DNA of 63,901 nt, the filler included, from Hausera hauseri (taxonomy: Eukaryota), in the NCBI GenBank assembly GCA_046269625.1. It is 11 parts of 11 records of this genome, joined end to end, with 100 filler letters (N's around TTAATTAATTAA, not from the genome) between each part and the next. Parts side by side here need not be neighbours in the genome. Positions count along the whole stretch, not along the records: positions 1 to 6,049 come from JBJURY010147979.1; positions 6,150 to 11,660 come from JBJURY010238962.1; positions 11,761 to 16,069 come from JBJURY010643330.1; 8 more parts are not named here. The stretch is one strand, 5' to 3'. The notes below the pieces were generated by a model. That model was given only the letters and a program-made list of their open reading frames with translations. It had not been told where the DNA came from and ran no database searches. Both the position numbers and the translations under genes were made by a program. Positions 1 to 12,420 of this stretch are shown piece after piece; the first letter of the stretch is position 1; each line of letters opens with the position of its first letter.

Positions 1-823
1 TGAGCTGATTCGTTTTCTTAGCATTTCTTGAACAAAATTTTCTTTGTTCAACTCAAAAATATTGTCAGTTGCTTAATACATTTTTACTTTATAGAATCTG
101 CTGAAATTACCCACCTCCAAAATTTTCAAACTTCCACAGTGTCATAAAATTCCCCAGCTTCGTTGTTATAATCAACCCTGATATTTGAAAATCATTTCAG
201 TCATTTTGTTGAAAATAAAAACTGCATTTTATTCGGGAATTGCCGGTTTAATTTCATTTTCGTTATTTGGTTCTCCGTTCGATTTTATAATTATTTAATT
301 CCATTTGACATGTAATTTCATTTTCATTGATTGGTAATTGATTCAATTCCGTATTATCCGATTCCACTTGACTGTAAATTTCATTTTCATTGTGATTATT
401 AGTTCAATTTTATGTTATTCAATTACATTTCGTGTCAATGGAATTTATTCATTTACTCATTTACCACATGATGATCGGATTTATGATAATCCCTGTCGAC
501 GAATCCATGGTTTGATCTGTACATGATTTACAACTGGGGTGCTTAAAGGTGGATGTTTCCGGGGTAGGTTTAAGTGCCCCAAAGGGTCGTACAATTTTAT
601 TTGCTTCGATTTTTCATCACATTCTTAGAAAAGGAGAAATGGCGACCAAGAACAACACAGGGCATTTAGAGAAGTCGAAAAACCGAAAAGGTGACATACT
701 TTTGGTCACTACTGCATATCTTTTGTTTAGAACTATATACTTTATTATTATTATTAATTGATGCTGTACATTTAATATACATATTAAAAATCGATAAATA
801 TTGAATACGCAAGGTATTTTTAA

Positions 824-3800
824 ATGCCTAAAGAAATTGTTTCGGTACATATTGGGCAAGCTGGGATACAGATGGGTAGTGCCCTCTGGGAACTATATTG
901 TGTTGAACATGGAGTAACGTGCGAAGGGAAATTGGCAGAACAAAAAGACGGTAGCCATTATGATCGTATTGAAACACTATTCTGTGAATCAACAAGTCAA
1001 TTCGTACCACGAACGGTGTTTGTGGATCTGGAACCAACTGTAATTGGTAAGACTATTTTCTGACGTTTTCATTTTATCTATTATGCATATTTTACTTTGC
1101 AGACGAAATTCGTACAGGTTGTTACAGACATTTGTTCAGTCCGGCCAGTTTAATTAATGGAATTGAAGATGCTGCAAATAATTATGCCAGAGGGTTTTAT
1201 ACTGTTGGTAAAGATAAACTCGAATCTCTGCTTGATGCAATTCGGAAAACTGTCCATAACTGTGATAGTATTTCTGCGTTTCAGCTGATGCACTCATACT
1301 CAGGAGGAACTGGGTCTGGATTAACCAGTTTACTTTTGCTGAAACTGTCAGAAATGTATGGGAAAAAATTTCGGGTTTCTGTTGGAATATTTCCGTCGTC
1401 GACGATGTCCCAGAGTACCGTGGACCCGTACAATTCCATTTTGCACACCCATTCTGCAATTGAACACATCGATTGCGGAATTCTGTTCGACAACGAGTCT
1501 CTCTATCGAAAAGCAGTTAATCATTTGGATTGTGCAAGACCAACGTACATTCTGATGAATCGTCTTCTAAGTCAAATGGTTTCGTGTATCTTTCTCTCCC
1601 ATCGGTATCGATATGATGGAACGCATCACATTGATGTTGACGAACTGTTGACTAATGTCGTACCATATCCACGAATTCATTTTCCTGTTCTCAGTTATGC
1701 CCCCATTGTCAGTCAGAATCAAATTAAACATGAGCGATTAGATGCTGCCGAACTAACACGAAATGTATTTCTGGGCAACGCACATTTTCTGGACTGTTCA
1801 TTTGAACACAACAAATACACGTCCTGTTGCCTGTTGTATCGTGGTTACTTCAGTCCGAAAATGGTTTATGATGCTGTGGCGAAAGTCAAATGTGACGAAA
1901 AGATTACGTTTGTTGACTGGTGCCCAACCGGGTTTAAATTAGGACTGAATACAATTCCGCCGGTTGGTATACCGAATTTACCACTTGCTACTCCTGAACA
2001 TTGTCTGTGTATGATTTCTGGAAATGTGGGAATTCGAGATGCGTGGCAGAGAGAACGAAATAAATTTGATCTCATTTTTAGTAAACGTGCCTTTGTTCAT
2101 TGGTTCGTTGGAGAGGGTTTAGAAGAAGGAGAATTTCTTGAAGCTGGAGAGGACATTGTTGCACTTGAAAAGGATTATGAAGAAATCGCTATAGACAGTG
2201 ATGAAATAGATTCAGGAGGAAAATGGAACAGTGATAAAATTGGTGAGAAAAATGGTAATAGAAATAGTGAGAAGAGTGGCGGCAAAAATGGTGACAAACG
2301 GAAAGTATCGATGGATGACGCAAATGGTGCGAAAAAGTCCAAACGTCCACCAGAAATGGTGTTGTTGAGGAAGCCATCTTCGATTGAAATGTCGGAGAAA
2401 CGAATAAGCAAAGAAATTACTCGAGAAGTGTTCATGGATGGACCAGATCATAGATCTCATGACAGTAAGAGTTTTAATTCTTCATCAACATCCCGATCCA
2501 ATGCCAACTCAAATTCATCATCATCGGAGTCCCGACACTTTCTGCCAAACAAACTCAGTCCCCAATCGACAATCTCAAACGTTAGTCGACGGATTATGAA
2601 AAATAAAGAAAAGCAATTCAATCAGTGTTGTACGAGAAAGGATGATGTCGTTAGTGAACGCCCGATGACCACGGATTTTTTACGAAGCAAAGAGGATATC
2701 AACAGCGCATATTTTAGCAATAATCTCAATACAAATTACCATAATCTACAATTTAATTTGATCCACGATGCCGACTATGGACTGGAAATTGAAGAGCCGA
2801 GTTGGATCGATGGATCTCCCTTAGCCAACGCCCACGTATCACAGATGACAAATTCATCAAATGCCTCGACTCCTGTGTGTAGATCCATGGACAAAGCGAA
2901 ATTGTTACGATTGAAACCGGTTACAGAAACTCCAGCGAGTTCGTTATCGAAAATACCAAAGGTCATTAGTTTAGATCACAATTTAGTCGAGAATGACTCA
3001 AATCGAAACGTGCGGCATCCAAATAAATCAATGAAACTCCCAAGAACGTTCACGAAAAGATGGTGGAACAAATCTCGTTTGCAGTCCATTAACAATTCAT
3101 CAGCTGATTCCTATCAGAGTCTTTACAAAGACCAGGGAAATGGTAACATTTGTGATATGATGTCCAATATGGACTGTAAATTGGGCAAGAGTCAATTGTT
3201 ATCGAATTTTATCAGCCATGACACGAAGGAAAATAATCCATTTTGTCTACCATCGAAACCGAGGCAAGCAAATCAAGGGAAGTTTATGTTCCGTTCCATG
3301 GAGAATCCATTACAACAAGTACAAAACGATGTTTATTCATCTCGACTACGAGACAGCATGCCAAGTTGGAGGAAATTCTCTAATAACGATAGACTTTGTC
3401 CGTTTATGACAATAAACTTTCCGTCTACTCTGTTGAATGAGAATGATGATGACGAAGTAGACTGTGATATTTCTGACGAGTCTCTGATCTTACCCCCTCC
3501 TCCTGACCAAGATGAATTTGTGTTAAACTCATTAGAAACGTACACGACAGACATTCTCCCTCCAGATATACCAATCGCCGATCAGATGTCCAATTCCAAC
3601 TCCAGCTGTACATCATTCATTCCAATTGCCGGCCCGATATTTTCTGAATACACTCCAACTCTATCATACTCTACATCGACCGACAAAGGAAATCGGCGAT
3701 CAATGCAAATATCACCAAAGAAACTGTACGAATCCGTACCTCATCCACTCTCAACAAAAAGAAACCTCATCATTAGCCCAATTGAATCATTGGACTGTGA

Positions 3801-3906
3801 CGCATCGGCTACGAAACAGCCAAAATTGTCACTGATGAGATATCTGTATAAAAAATTTCATTCGTCAAAGTCACCGTCGACTTCGAAAGTGAAGTATTCT
3901 TCTTAA
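824..3906 (+). CDS. TUBA: Divergent alpha-tubulin (~1008 aa) with ~565-aa low-complexity C-terminal extension; exons 824-1046 and 1103-3906
   Basis: Splicing GT(1047)..AG(1102) restores VDLEPTVI-D-EIRTGCYRHLF. Alpha motifs: EDAANNYARG, SGGTGSG, TNVVPYPRIHF, FVDWCPTGFK, KRAFVHWFVGEGLEEGEF, ALEKDYEE. The frame stays open for ~1.7 kb after the tubulin fold. Confidence 0.93.
1047..1102 (+). other. 56-nt phase-1 spliceosomal intron in the tubulin gene
   Basis: G|GTAAGA donor and TTTACTTTGCAG acceptor; removing it joins ORFs 824.. and 1132.. in frame. Confidence 0.9.
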
Positions 3907-4249
3907 TTATTAATTTATCTTGGAACGAATGTAGATAATTTAAATTGTGAAACATAACAGTATTCGTTTAGACCGTTTGCTAAACGTGGAAATAAACAAT
4001 GAAATAAAAAGATTAGATCGAGTCGCCGTAATGGTGTTGAATTTTACCAATTAAATACAATTAGTACTCTTTCGTAATGAGGCCTTTGGGGAATTATAGA
4101 ATTAATGGATATGGTTCATTTAAATATTTACATTTGAATAAGTCAAAATAATCTTATAAACTCTTCTTGATACTATGGTAGATTTGAAGTTTAACTGAAA
4201 TTATGTAAAAATAAAACATTGACTACTTACAAAATAATAAGTAGTAATT

Positions 4250-4530
4250 TTTGATTGTTCTAATTTTTCAGCGTGCACGGCGTGTTGCACCAGTGTGGTA
4301 ATCCTGCAGACGTCTCTGTCTATACAGCTTTCATTTACTCTGTTTCTGAGAGGCTCTAGTAGGCCGTTCATGAATCGCTCCCTGAGACGATATTCGCACG
4401 CAGTTATTTCTCCTTCCGGAAATCCCTTGGGTTTTGCAATGCCACTGTGCTTTTCATGTAGGGCTTCTAGTCGGTAGAAGAAATAATTTGCGCTTTCTTC
4501 TGGACGCTGTTTACAAGACGCTTCTGGACA
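4250..4530 (-). mobile_element. Retroviral/LTR gag capsid C-terminal fragment (resembles fish ERV gag)
   Basis: CKQRPEESANYFFYRLEALHEKHSG...LRERFMNGLLEPLRNRVNESCI...LVQHAVHAEK; MHR-like QxxxE(S)xxxFxxRL and FxxGL. Confidence 0.5.
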
Positions 4531-4679
4531 TTCTTTATTCTGTCTCTTGCCTTTTTGTGTGTGACTTGTAGAAACTTGTGTGTAACTTGTACAAGTGCAA
4601 TTTGTATTGCACCTCAAAATTATTAATCTAGTGCTGACATTTCATAGCGGTTAAACTGTTCTTCATCTCTTACCTCCCC

Positions 4680-4840
4680 ATGAAGCATAAGGCATCAATG
4701 AATTTTCTCCAACCAGAACTGTCCAGGTCAAGCCAGCTTTTCTCTCCAGGTCTTACCAATCTCCGTCTGTTCTCTCTCTATAGTTCGCCTCCAGGTCTCT
4801 CTGGGTCGCCTTTGTGCTCTCTTTTCTGCTGGATTCGAGG
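4680..4840 (-). mobile_element. RTE-clade LINE ORF2 C-terminal remnant
   Basis: Minus strand reads NPAEKRAQRRPRETWRRTI...GKTWRE, matching the typical RTE tail pattern (GRPxxTWRRT). Confidence 0.45.
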
Positions 4841-5768
4841 TTAAACTGTTAATAATGAGCTATTTTTAACAGATGCTGACTCTTCCTAACCACTACGCGA
4901 AACTCAGCTCACTGTACGAACTGAGAAGCAAGAATCCATGTTAAATGGACAAATATGCCATAGAACTATTGGCCTGGAATCCGCTTATCAGGCATGAAGT
5001 TTGCCCTGTTTCAAAACTCCTTGTGTCGTAGTAATGTGCAGCGCCTGCACGTAGGATCTCGTCTCTGATGTGACTGACTTCTCTTTCTTACTTAACTTCA
5101 GTAATCCGGGTCCCAAGTGTCGGCTCCGTGGTCGTCCTGGTTTCCCGGATTCATGTATATTTTTATTGAAAAAAGATAACCAAACCACCAAGCCACCACG
5201 CCATGTTATATTTTTATAAATATACGTACCAAGACTGATATTACAGGCGTCTTGGTCCCATAACCTGTTGGGTCGTCGGCGCCGTCGCCTATCAGATGTT
5301 TATGTCTATACTGGGCCCGTCTCTGTTGTTTATTGCGCGCCTTTCCTGTACACATTTGAATGTTGTCTGTCCATGCCAGCTTGGGTCTACCTCATTTTCT
5401 TTTTCTCTTGACTGTCAAGTTTGGTTTCTGTCACCCCATTTTGCTGCTGACATGACCATGCCATTGTGACATTATAACTTGCATGTTTTCATTGCTGTTA
5501 GTAGATCCTTCTATGGCCCTGCTTTCTTATTTTCTGTACGCCAATATTTGGTCTGTGTGTAATATTTCCAGGATTACTCTGAATCATCCGTTTCAACATT
5601 TTGTATTTTACTCTCTTTGTTCGCTGGTTAGTATCCATGTTTAGCATGCATATACGAATACGGAGACGACCAATGCATGCATCAGTTTAATATTTGTTTC
5701 CTAAGAGATGTTTTCATTGCAGCTTACGTTTCCTCCAGTGTGGTGCTTATATCTGGCCGCTCCTTGCG

Positions 5769-5984
5769 TCATGCCAAATTCATGCATTCTGGAGATGACA
5801 CATATTCTGACTCTTTAGCAGAATCCTCCTTCCTGGCGATCTCGTGGTGGGAATTCAAGATGTCAGTTCGGTTCATGACCTTGCCACTCTTAGCAGTAGC
5901 AATACTCGCCAGTTTGTTCGTTCGTTCGTTCCCTTTGACTTCTGCATGAACAGGAACGAAAATGAAAATGATTCTTTGCAGCAT
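5769..5984 (-). mobile_element. RNase H fragment of a non-LTR retrotransposon
   Basis: IFVPVHAEVKGNERTNKLASIA resembles the WVPxHxGxxGNExADxLA RNase H motif. Confidence 0.5.
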
Positions 5985-5986
5985 TG

Positions 5987-5990
5987 TCTC

Positions 5991-6033
<43 letters not shown>

Positions 6034-6049
6034 CTCTCCCTCTCTCCCT
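5987..6049. repeat. (TC)n microsatellite at contig end
   Basis: Directly visible. Confidence 0.95.
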
Positions 6050-6149
6050 NNNNNNNNNNNNNNNNNNNNNNNNNNNNNNNNNNNNNNNNNNNNTTAATTA
6101 ATTAANNNNNNNNNNNNNNNNNNNNNNNNNNNNNNNNNNNNNNNNNNNN
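6050..6149. other. Artificial contig linker N44-TTAATTAATTAA-N44 (also at 11661, 16070, 21036, 27099, 31962, 39730, 45480, 51201, 59769; each 100 nt)
   Basis: Ten identical 100-nt spacers carrying stop codons in all six frames. Confidence 0.97.
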
Positions 6150-6479
6150 GAAAACATTATTCGAACTCGAAGAAATATCGATTCGAACTCGAAAAATCGA
6201 TCAAGAATGCATTATTCGAAGAATCTGATGATGGCATTCGAATCTCCATGGTCGATAACCTACGTGGCAGTCACGAAAAGTGCGGTGCAGTGCTGTGCAG
6301 TGTATGAAAAACAAGGTTTCTTCAAACATGCTCAAAAATCAAAATATAGATTAATATTTATTATCAAAAGTAACAAATAATAATGAGCTAGGAACATAGT
6401 GCTAGCAAAATGCCAAACATGTGTTATATGAACAATTAAAACCATGGTCACTATGTGGGCAAAATATATTGTCCGGTAT

Positions 6480-6894
6480 TGTCGTCAGTTTGATTGCCGA
6501 CTAGTTCACAATACGTAGTGATGGGAAGTATGACTTTAGAGTTTTTAGTTTCTGTGCATCGATTTTGTCTTTCACGTAAAACAGTGTTTGTCTTCCATCA
6601 ACAAAGAAACTCAGATCATCTATAAGGTTTTTTGGGAAAAACTATAGAAACTCCTCTTGCCATCCTAATTTGATTCCATTATTCATAAGATGGCGATTTA
6701 TGCGTTTCGTATTTTCTAATAGACTTCGCCAAGGTACTACCGGTCGAAAAACAATGCATTGCGTAATACATGTCATCGACATTCATTATGCACAGTTCTT
6801 TTAAAAGATACTTTCCGTCATTGTTATAAAATGCTTCAAAATCGGTAAAACAAACTGTATTTTGACTACTGCCAAAACAAGAAGCCATGTCCAA
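6480..6894 (-). pseudogene. Polinton-associated DEDD-exonuclease-like ORF remnant
   Basis: CFTDFEAFYNNDGKYLLKELCIM resembles xxDxEGF...xxKELAI; frameshifted downstream. Confidence 0.5.
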
Positions 6895-7099
6895 TAATTT
6901 ATTGAGATTTCCTTTGTTTATGTTGGTTTTTTATCAGTGAAGTACACCAATGTCCACAGTAAAATGTTAACTGGTTCTGGTACATTATCGTGTTATACAC
7001 AACTGGTCGACGCATTCGTTCTAGTTTTGTAACAAATGCTAATGGATAGAACATACTGAGCGGATCAAAGACTCGAATAATATTTGGTTGGACATTAAT

Positions 7100-9450
7100 A
7101 GCAATCTAATGCTCACAAGGCAGATTTGTACACGTACATAGTAACAGATTCAGCCGGCTCTTTGTGGAAACGGACGTCCAATTTTAGATTAGCGGTTCGT
7201 AGTAACTGAGTCTGCTCAATATCGAAATCTGCAGTCAACACAAATGCGAAAAAACGGTATTTCATTTTTAAATCTTCCATCGTTATACTGTTCTTACTAT
7301 TTTTGTTTAAAAAGCCTAAATCTCGGATGATTGATTGAATATATGCTTCAATATAGTTGACCTTTCAAAACCCATTTTGTATAATTCTCGGTAATCAAAA
7401 TTTTGAAATAACGTAATGATCTGAATATTTGCATGAGTGAATTTTAAGCTGTCTTCAATATACGGCTACCAAGAAAATTACATCATATTTTCAAATTTTG
7501 TGACAGATGTATTTAGACTGACACAAAGGTAATGGAAACAGCGTAATAATAAATTACACCAATTACAAACAAACAATAAAAACTGGGGAAGCAGTCTAAT
7601 ATTTGGAATATCCACCTTTAGCCTTGAGAACAGTGGCGATTTTTCGCGGAATGCCCTTGGTCAACGTCCTGAGGAGGAATATCAATTTTCCTGCTCACAG
7701 TGTACCACAAATTCTCTGTGGGATTTAGGTTCGGACTCTGCCCTTGCCAGTTAGATGTGGCCATGTTCCTCGCCTGGAGCCAGTCTCGGACCTTTCTCGC
7801 CTGGTGGAATAGGACTCCGTCATGCTGGAAGATGGCACATTGTAGACGTTGCACTGATCCTTTGAGGTGCTCATTGATGATAGAAAGATATCTGTCAGCA
7901 TTGACTGTGGTGTTTGGAGGCAAAAAGTGAATACTTCCAGGTCCAGATTCAGAGAAGGAGCCCCAGACCATAACCGAAGGTGAGTGCCGAACGGTTGCCT
8001 GAGTATACTGCAACTTGAATCGTGCGTTAAGTGATCTGCGGACGTAGTGGGGAAATAAATTGAACTGATGAAATTGACTCTCATCAGAGAATAAAACAAG
8101 AATTCAATCCTTTGGTGTCCAGTGTCGATATTTGCGACAGAATGACAAACGGTCATGCACATTCTTTTTCGAGAGCATAGGTTTCCTTGCAGGCCTCTGT
8201 GCTTTAAGGTTGAATTAGTCGTATAGCCGTCGTTGAATTGTTCAAACAGAAGGTGGAAAAGGCAGCTGAGCACTTATTTCCTTAGCATACCAATTGGAAT
8301 GGAGGGTACTCGCACGTCGCATATGAGTATCTGTCCTTGTTATTGTTGCCCTCTGTCCACCAGAATGAGGAGCACTCGAAAAATTTCCTCGTTGGATATA
8401 CCTCTTCACTATGTATAACACAAAAGACTAGGAAACATCAACACGTGCTGTGATGTCGATTTGCATCAAACCCAACTCACGGAAGGCAACGATCTGTTCT
8501 CTTTTTGCTATAGAAATATCCGCGCTTCCACTGCGTTTCGGCATTGAAAAATAAATGAAAAATGACTTCTGAGAAAACAGTGTTACGAAAAATAACGCCC
8601 AATGAACATCTCCAGGCATACAATTCAATGCAATCGGATACTGATATTCTAACGTACATATTTCATTTTTTCATACTTATTTTCGAATATGATATGATTT
8701 TCGCGGCAACTGCAATCACCACTGACTAATCGATAATCTTGAAATGTTACGAGCACAAATTTCGGTAAATGCTCATCGGCAAATAGATTGTCTTTATACT
8801 CACCACGCGAGTCTTTTGGTAGAGAGAAATGTACCATTTTGCCACGCTGAATCGAATACACGGCATTGTGTTTCTCCAAACCAATACGGTGTGACATTAA
8901 AACAGAAGGTTCAACTCAAACTCGCCGAACAAGGAATTTTGCTTCTTCAATGGAAATTTTTGGTGATTGTGCTTCTTTCGGATCTGTTTGTACTTTGACA
9001 TACTTAAAAACTATATTTTCCGAATTTCAAATAAATTTCAAATTAATCAATATGCCTGGAAGCAATAATTTCGACTGGTCTAAAAAATCCTAAATTAATG
9101 GACTACATAAAGAGACTACATAAAAGACTACATATTGTTGAGCATGAGACTTACTTCTTTGAGCAATGAATACAGAAAAAAATGGAATGGGATAATATCG
9201 TATGTTGCCGCCAAATTTTTATCATCTGAACCAACAACTTTGAGTGTAAGAACAAGTAGAGTTTCATTAAAATGAATGTAATCATTATCAGATCCGATTA
9301 TGCTAAATTCAGTCTGATGACTTTTGTATCCTGTTAATTGCAATTTTCGGATAAATTATTTAAAATTTAGCAATTCAACAATTAATTGAGGTACCACCTG
9401 ATCAAAAATGGCAAGTTCACTTTTCCAGCGTACATTATTTCCGATCAAAA
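7100..9450 (-). pseudogene. Polinton major capsid protein (hexon/PY), interrupted by Tc1
   Basis: KSELAIFD; EFSIIGSDNDYIHFNETLL; FFLYSLLKEVSL; DQSKLLLPG; SHRIGLEKHNAVYSIQR; LPKFVLVTF; after the insertion YRFFAFVLTAD and NLKLDVRF. Confidence 0.8.
7463..8712 (-). mobile_element. Tc1/mariner transposon (DD34E), degenerate, ~1.25 kb
   Basis: Imperfect TIRs CGGCTACCAAGAAAATTACATCATATT and CAGTTGCCGCGAAAATCATATCATATT; TA at 7461-7462. Transposase with HTH (KREQIVAFRELG), ARKPML, LFSDES, VMVWG, FQHDG, SPNLNPTENLW; internal stops. Confidence 0.85.
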
Positions 9451-9599
9451 GTTGTTTTCAAACGTTTCTTTATAGAACTAATAGTATTTTTTCGCTTTCA
9501 CCTACCGCCGACACCTTGCTGATTGAACTGATTTGCAGTTGGACGAAATGAATTTGATGCATATTGTCTGATTTCTGGCAAAGCATCCAATGCATTATA

Positions 9600-9800
9600 T
9601 TTAATGGTTCTACGAAATGTCTTTTTTCCGAAATAAAGTCTGTTCCGGCTTTCAATGCTGCTGATCCTGCCACTTTACCTACCGGTAAACCAAATTTCTT
9701 TAGAATCGGTAATGCAAATCGTCCTACTGTTCATCCAGTTTTCGCCATATTGATTTCCAGAAAAATATGGTAAATCTCCACCTTGCTGTGGTAAATTATA
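9600..9800 (-). pseudogene. Polinton pVII-like/core protein remnant
   Basis: QQGGDLPYFSGNQYG...RFALPILKKFGLPVGKVAGSAALKAG, located between penton and hexon. Confidence 0.6.
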
Positions 9801-9855
9801 TAGTCTTATTATATCACTCTCGATCGTGCTTTTCTTTTACATCTATTTAGTTTGT

Positions 9856-10125
9856 TTATATACGTTTTCGGAAATATAGTGTTAATCTAGACTTGACACC
9901 GTATGCAAATTCAATAAAACGACCTACGTCATCTCGAATATTAATTTCGATCATGTTTATTGATGATGATATCACGGGTAAATACATGAGATAGTGAAAT
10001 CGCGTATTAATCGCATCACCACACTTGTATTTCTTTTCCAACCACATATTACGCAAAAGCGAAGCACGTGTTTCGCCAACCAGTATTGGCTCTGTAATAC
10101 TGCAATAAATGAACGTATATAATTT
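9856..10125 (-). pseudogene. Polinton minor capsid protein (penton) C-terminal part
   Basis: FIYCSITEPILVGETRASLLR...YLPVISSSINMIEINIRDDVGRFIEF...LTLYFRKR. Confidence 0.8.
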
Positions 10126-10564
10126 GACCTGAATTATAAGCCAAACATTTGATGTTAAACCAAAGGAGGAATAATCTTACATTCAGTGTTAGCTTTCTTC
10201 TGCATTCATTCTGTGTGCTGTACCATTCTTCAAAGTCTTCAGTGTCATTCACAGAGATTCCAACATTAACTTGGCTATGCTGGACTGCTAATAAAATGTG
10301 TCCAGAGAATTAGTGCACCAAGCTTCAAAGGTTTGATCTTTTATAAGCTTTGAAACCACTATGATGGCAAACTGCCATGCATTAATATACAGAACCATGA
10401 TACATAAAGAAAGGCGCCAGCAAAGTCTTGTCTACTCCTCCTACGGAACATAGAATCTGTAGAACTTTAAGAAAGCAGGGATTTGTTTAATGCATGCCCA
10501 GAAAACATTAGCCTTTAGACACTAGTCAATTACTTATATGACAAATTGTCAAATAAATACTTGC

Positions 10565-10681
10565 TTGTTATTTGTGTTGGCTTATCAAACCTAAAGTCTT
10601 CTTCGTCTAATTGCTCTCTCTCTGCTTCATCAAAGTAATTAAACTCTGGGTCATTTGCATCATCATCAACAGTGGTATCAT
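10565..10681 (-). CDS. Isolated 117-nt exon resembling the GON4L/YY1AP1 conserved block
   Basis: DDDANDPEFNYFDEAEREQLDEEDFRFDKPTQIT resembles GON4L DPEYNF...EDFRxDRAVRIT; polypyrimidine-CAG acceptor and GCAAGT donor. Confidence 0.45.
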
Positions 10682-10861
10682 CTGAAATGAACAGCAAAGA
10701 AAACTGAAAAATTACTTTGAAATGAACTACAAAGTCAGCACACTGAGCACCACAATTATGTGCCCAAAACACCCTTTCAGTGTTTGTAAGTCAAAAGTAC
10801 TCAAGTGGTATTGTATTATAAGATTTACATTTGTTTATTACTCTGAACTTGGTAATAAAAC

Positions 10862-10915
10862 TGCCAACGTTTCAGTGTGTCAGTATCAATAATGTGATAC
10901 ACCACCTTCAGGATG
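10862..10915 (-). ncRNA. Degenerate hammerhead-ribozyme-like motif (Penelope-type)
   Basis: CTGAAGG...GTATCA-CATTAT-TGATAC hairpin...GAAACGTT; one core mismatch to CUGANGA. Confidence 0.3.
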
Positions 10916-11482
10916 CTTGCTGCGTAATGAAAAGATAGATATGATATGACTTCCATGGGCTTCAGTGTATTAACGTATACCGTCTTCTTCCTGATACACT
11001 CTAAACATGCATAAAGCTGCCTCTGCCCACTTGCCTTTCAACCCGCAGAACGACTGACATAGAAACCACATAATCCTACCACCTACCTACCACTTACTCA
11101 CCCACTACCTACCTCCATTACTGTCCAGACACTCAACTATATTAATTAATTTCCGGCATTTGCACAAAGCCTGGGTCGGGGATGATAATCATTCAGTCCC
11201 GTAAGCTGATTACTTTAATTAATATTTCATACCAATTTTTTAAATGCTTTTATTTTTTATATCTTGTGATGTTCCATTGTACTGAAACTCTGGCACAACA
11301 ATTTTGTGCAGGATCAATAAAGTTCTATCTTCTTCTTCAGTCTGCATGCAGGTGGAGCTTCTGTTTTGAACCAAACGCATACTCATGGTCCTCACAAGTG
11401 TGTTTCTGCTATTTACATCCAAACAGTCAAGATGAGAGACTGGACTCCACAGCAAAGTATCAGCGATGGACGCAACATTTAA

Positions 11483-11660
11483 TTGAAAAAATCTCTAAAA
11501 TTTATGAGTGCAAAACTTTCAAAATTAGCTTCACAACAACAACTACTGCTCAGTATGGTCAAGGAAGTGAAGCATTTGAAAGTTGCACTAAGAGATAAAG
11601 ACAGGAAAATAGCTGAACTGGAGAAAAAAGTAGATGAACTGGAACAGTATACGCGAAGGG
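11483..11660 (+). mobile_element. LINE ORF1-like coiled-coil fragment (truncated by contig end)
   Basis: KDRKIAELEKKVDELEQYTRR resembles the DxLEQYSR motif of L1/CR1-type ORF1. Confidence 0.55.
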
Positions 11661-11760
11661 NNNNNNNNNNNNNNNNNNNNNNNNNNNNNNNNNNNNNNNN
11701 NNNNTTAATTAATTAANNNNNNNNNNNNNNNNNNNNNNNNNNNNNNNNNNNNNNNNNNNN

Positions 11761-12420
11761 ATATTGACCATATTTTACCCAAGTCACCTAGATATTACCT
11801 CCCTTTCATCCATGGTACTTACATTTTGTCCATATATTATTCATATTTCTCACATATCACCTGTATTTTGTCTAAGTAGCCTATATGTTCTCCGTAATTT
11901 ACTTGTATTGCTCACATTTCATCCACATAGTACTCATAGTTTATTACTCCAAATGGTCTGTATTTTACTATATATTGCACATATAACCCATGTTTTACCT
12001 ACATATTACCAAATGTTACCCACATCGCATATATTTTGCCTATCTATTACATATATTATTTTACTTGCAAAGTATTTCGTCCACATTTACCTGTGTTTTA
12101 CATATACCTTATCTACATTTTTGCCATATCACATACATATTTTACTATACATTATCCATATAACTTATGTTTTGCCTAGATTTTATCTATGTATTACCAA
12201 CATTTTACATATATTTTGCCTATACTTTCATATATAATCCATGTTTTACCCATATTACTTCCAAATTATCTACATTTATCTGTATTTTACATATACATTG
12301 TCCATATTTTAGCTATATCACATGCATATTTTACTATACATTACCCATAGAACTCATGTTTTGCCTACCTATGACACATATATTGGCAAGATTTTACATG
12401 TGCCACGTTACGTTTTAATT
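11761..12420. repeat. Degenerate short-period (~11/22 nt) tandem repeat, ATATTTTRCCT/ATATATTACCC-like
   Basis: Recurrent TATTTT(A/G)C(C/T)TA(T/C)AT motifs. Confidence 0.7.

Larger units (their letters stand above)
6150..10130 (-). mobile_element. Degenerate Polinton/Maverick structural module (penton, pVII-like, hexon, DEDD-like ORF, subterminal repeat)
   Basis: Four co-oriented ORF remnants with Polinton-type motifs (see sub-features). Confidence 0.8.

Noticed and set aside
824-1046. Gamma-tubulin call from the MPKEI start
   Set aside because: Downstream motifs (NNYARG, PYPRIHF, FVDWCPTGFK, ALEKDYEE) are alpha-type.
6050-6149. Recurrent TTAATTAATTAA as a biological repeat
   Set aside because: Always centred in exactly 44+44 Ns; it is an assembly linker.
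11764-12418. Hydrophobic ORFs as membrane proteins
   Set aside because: They are translations of a low-complexity tandem repeat.
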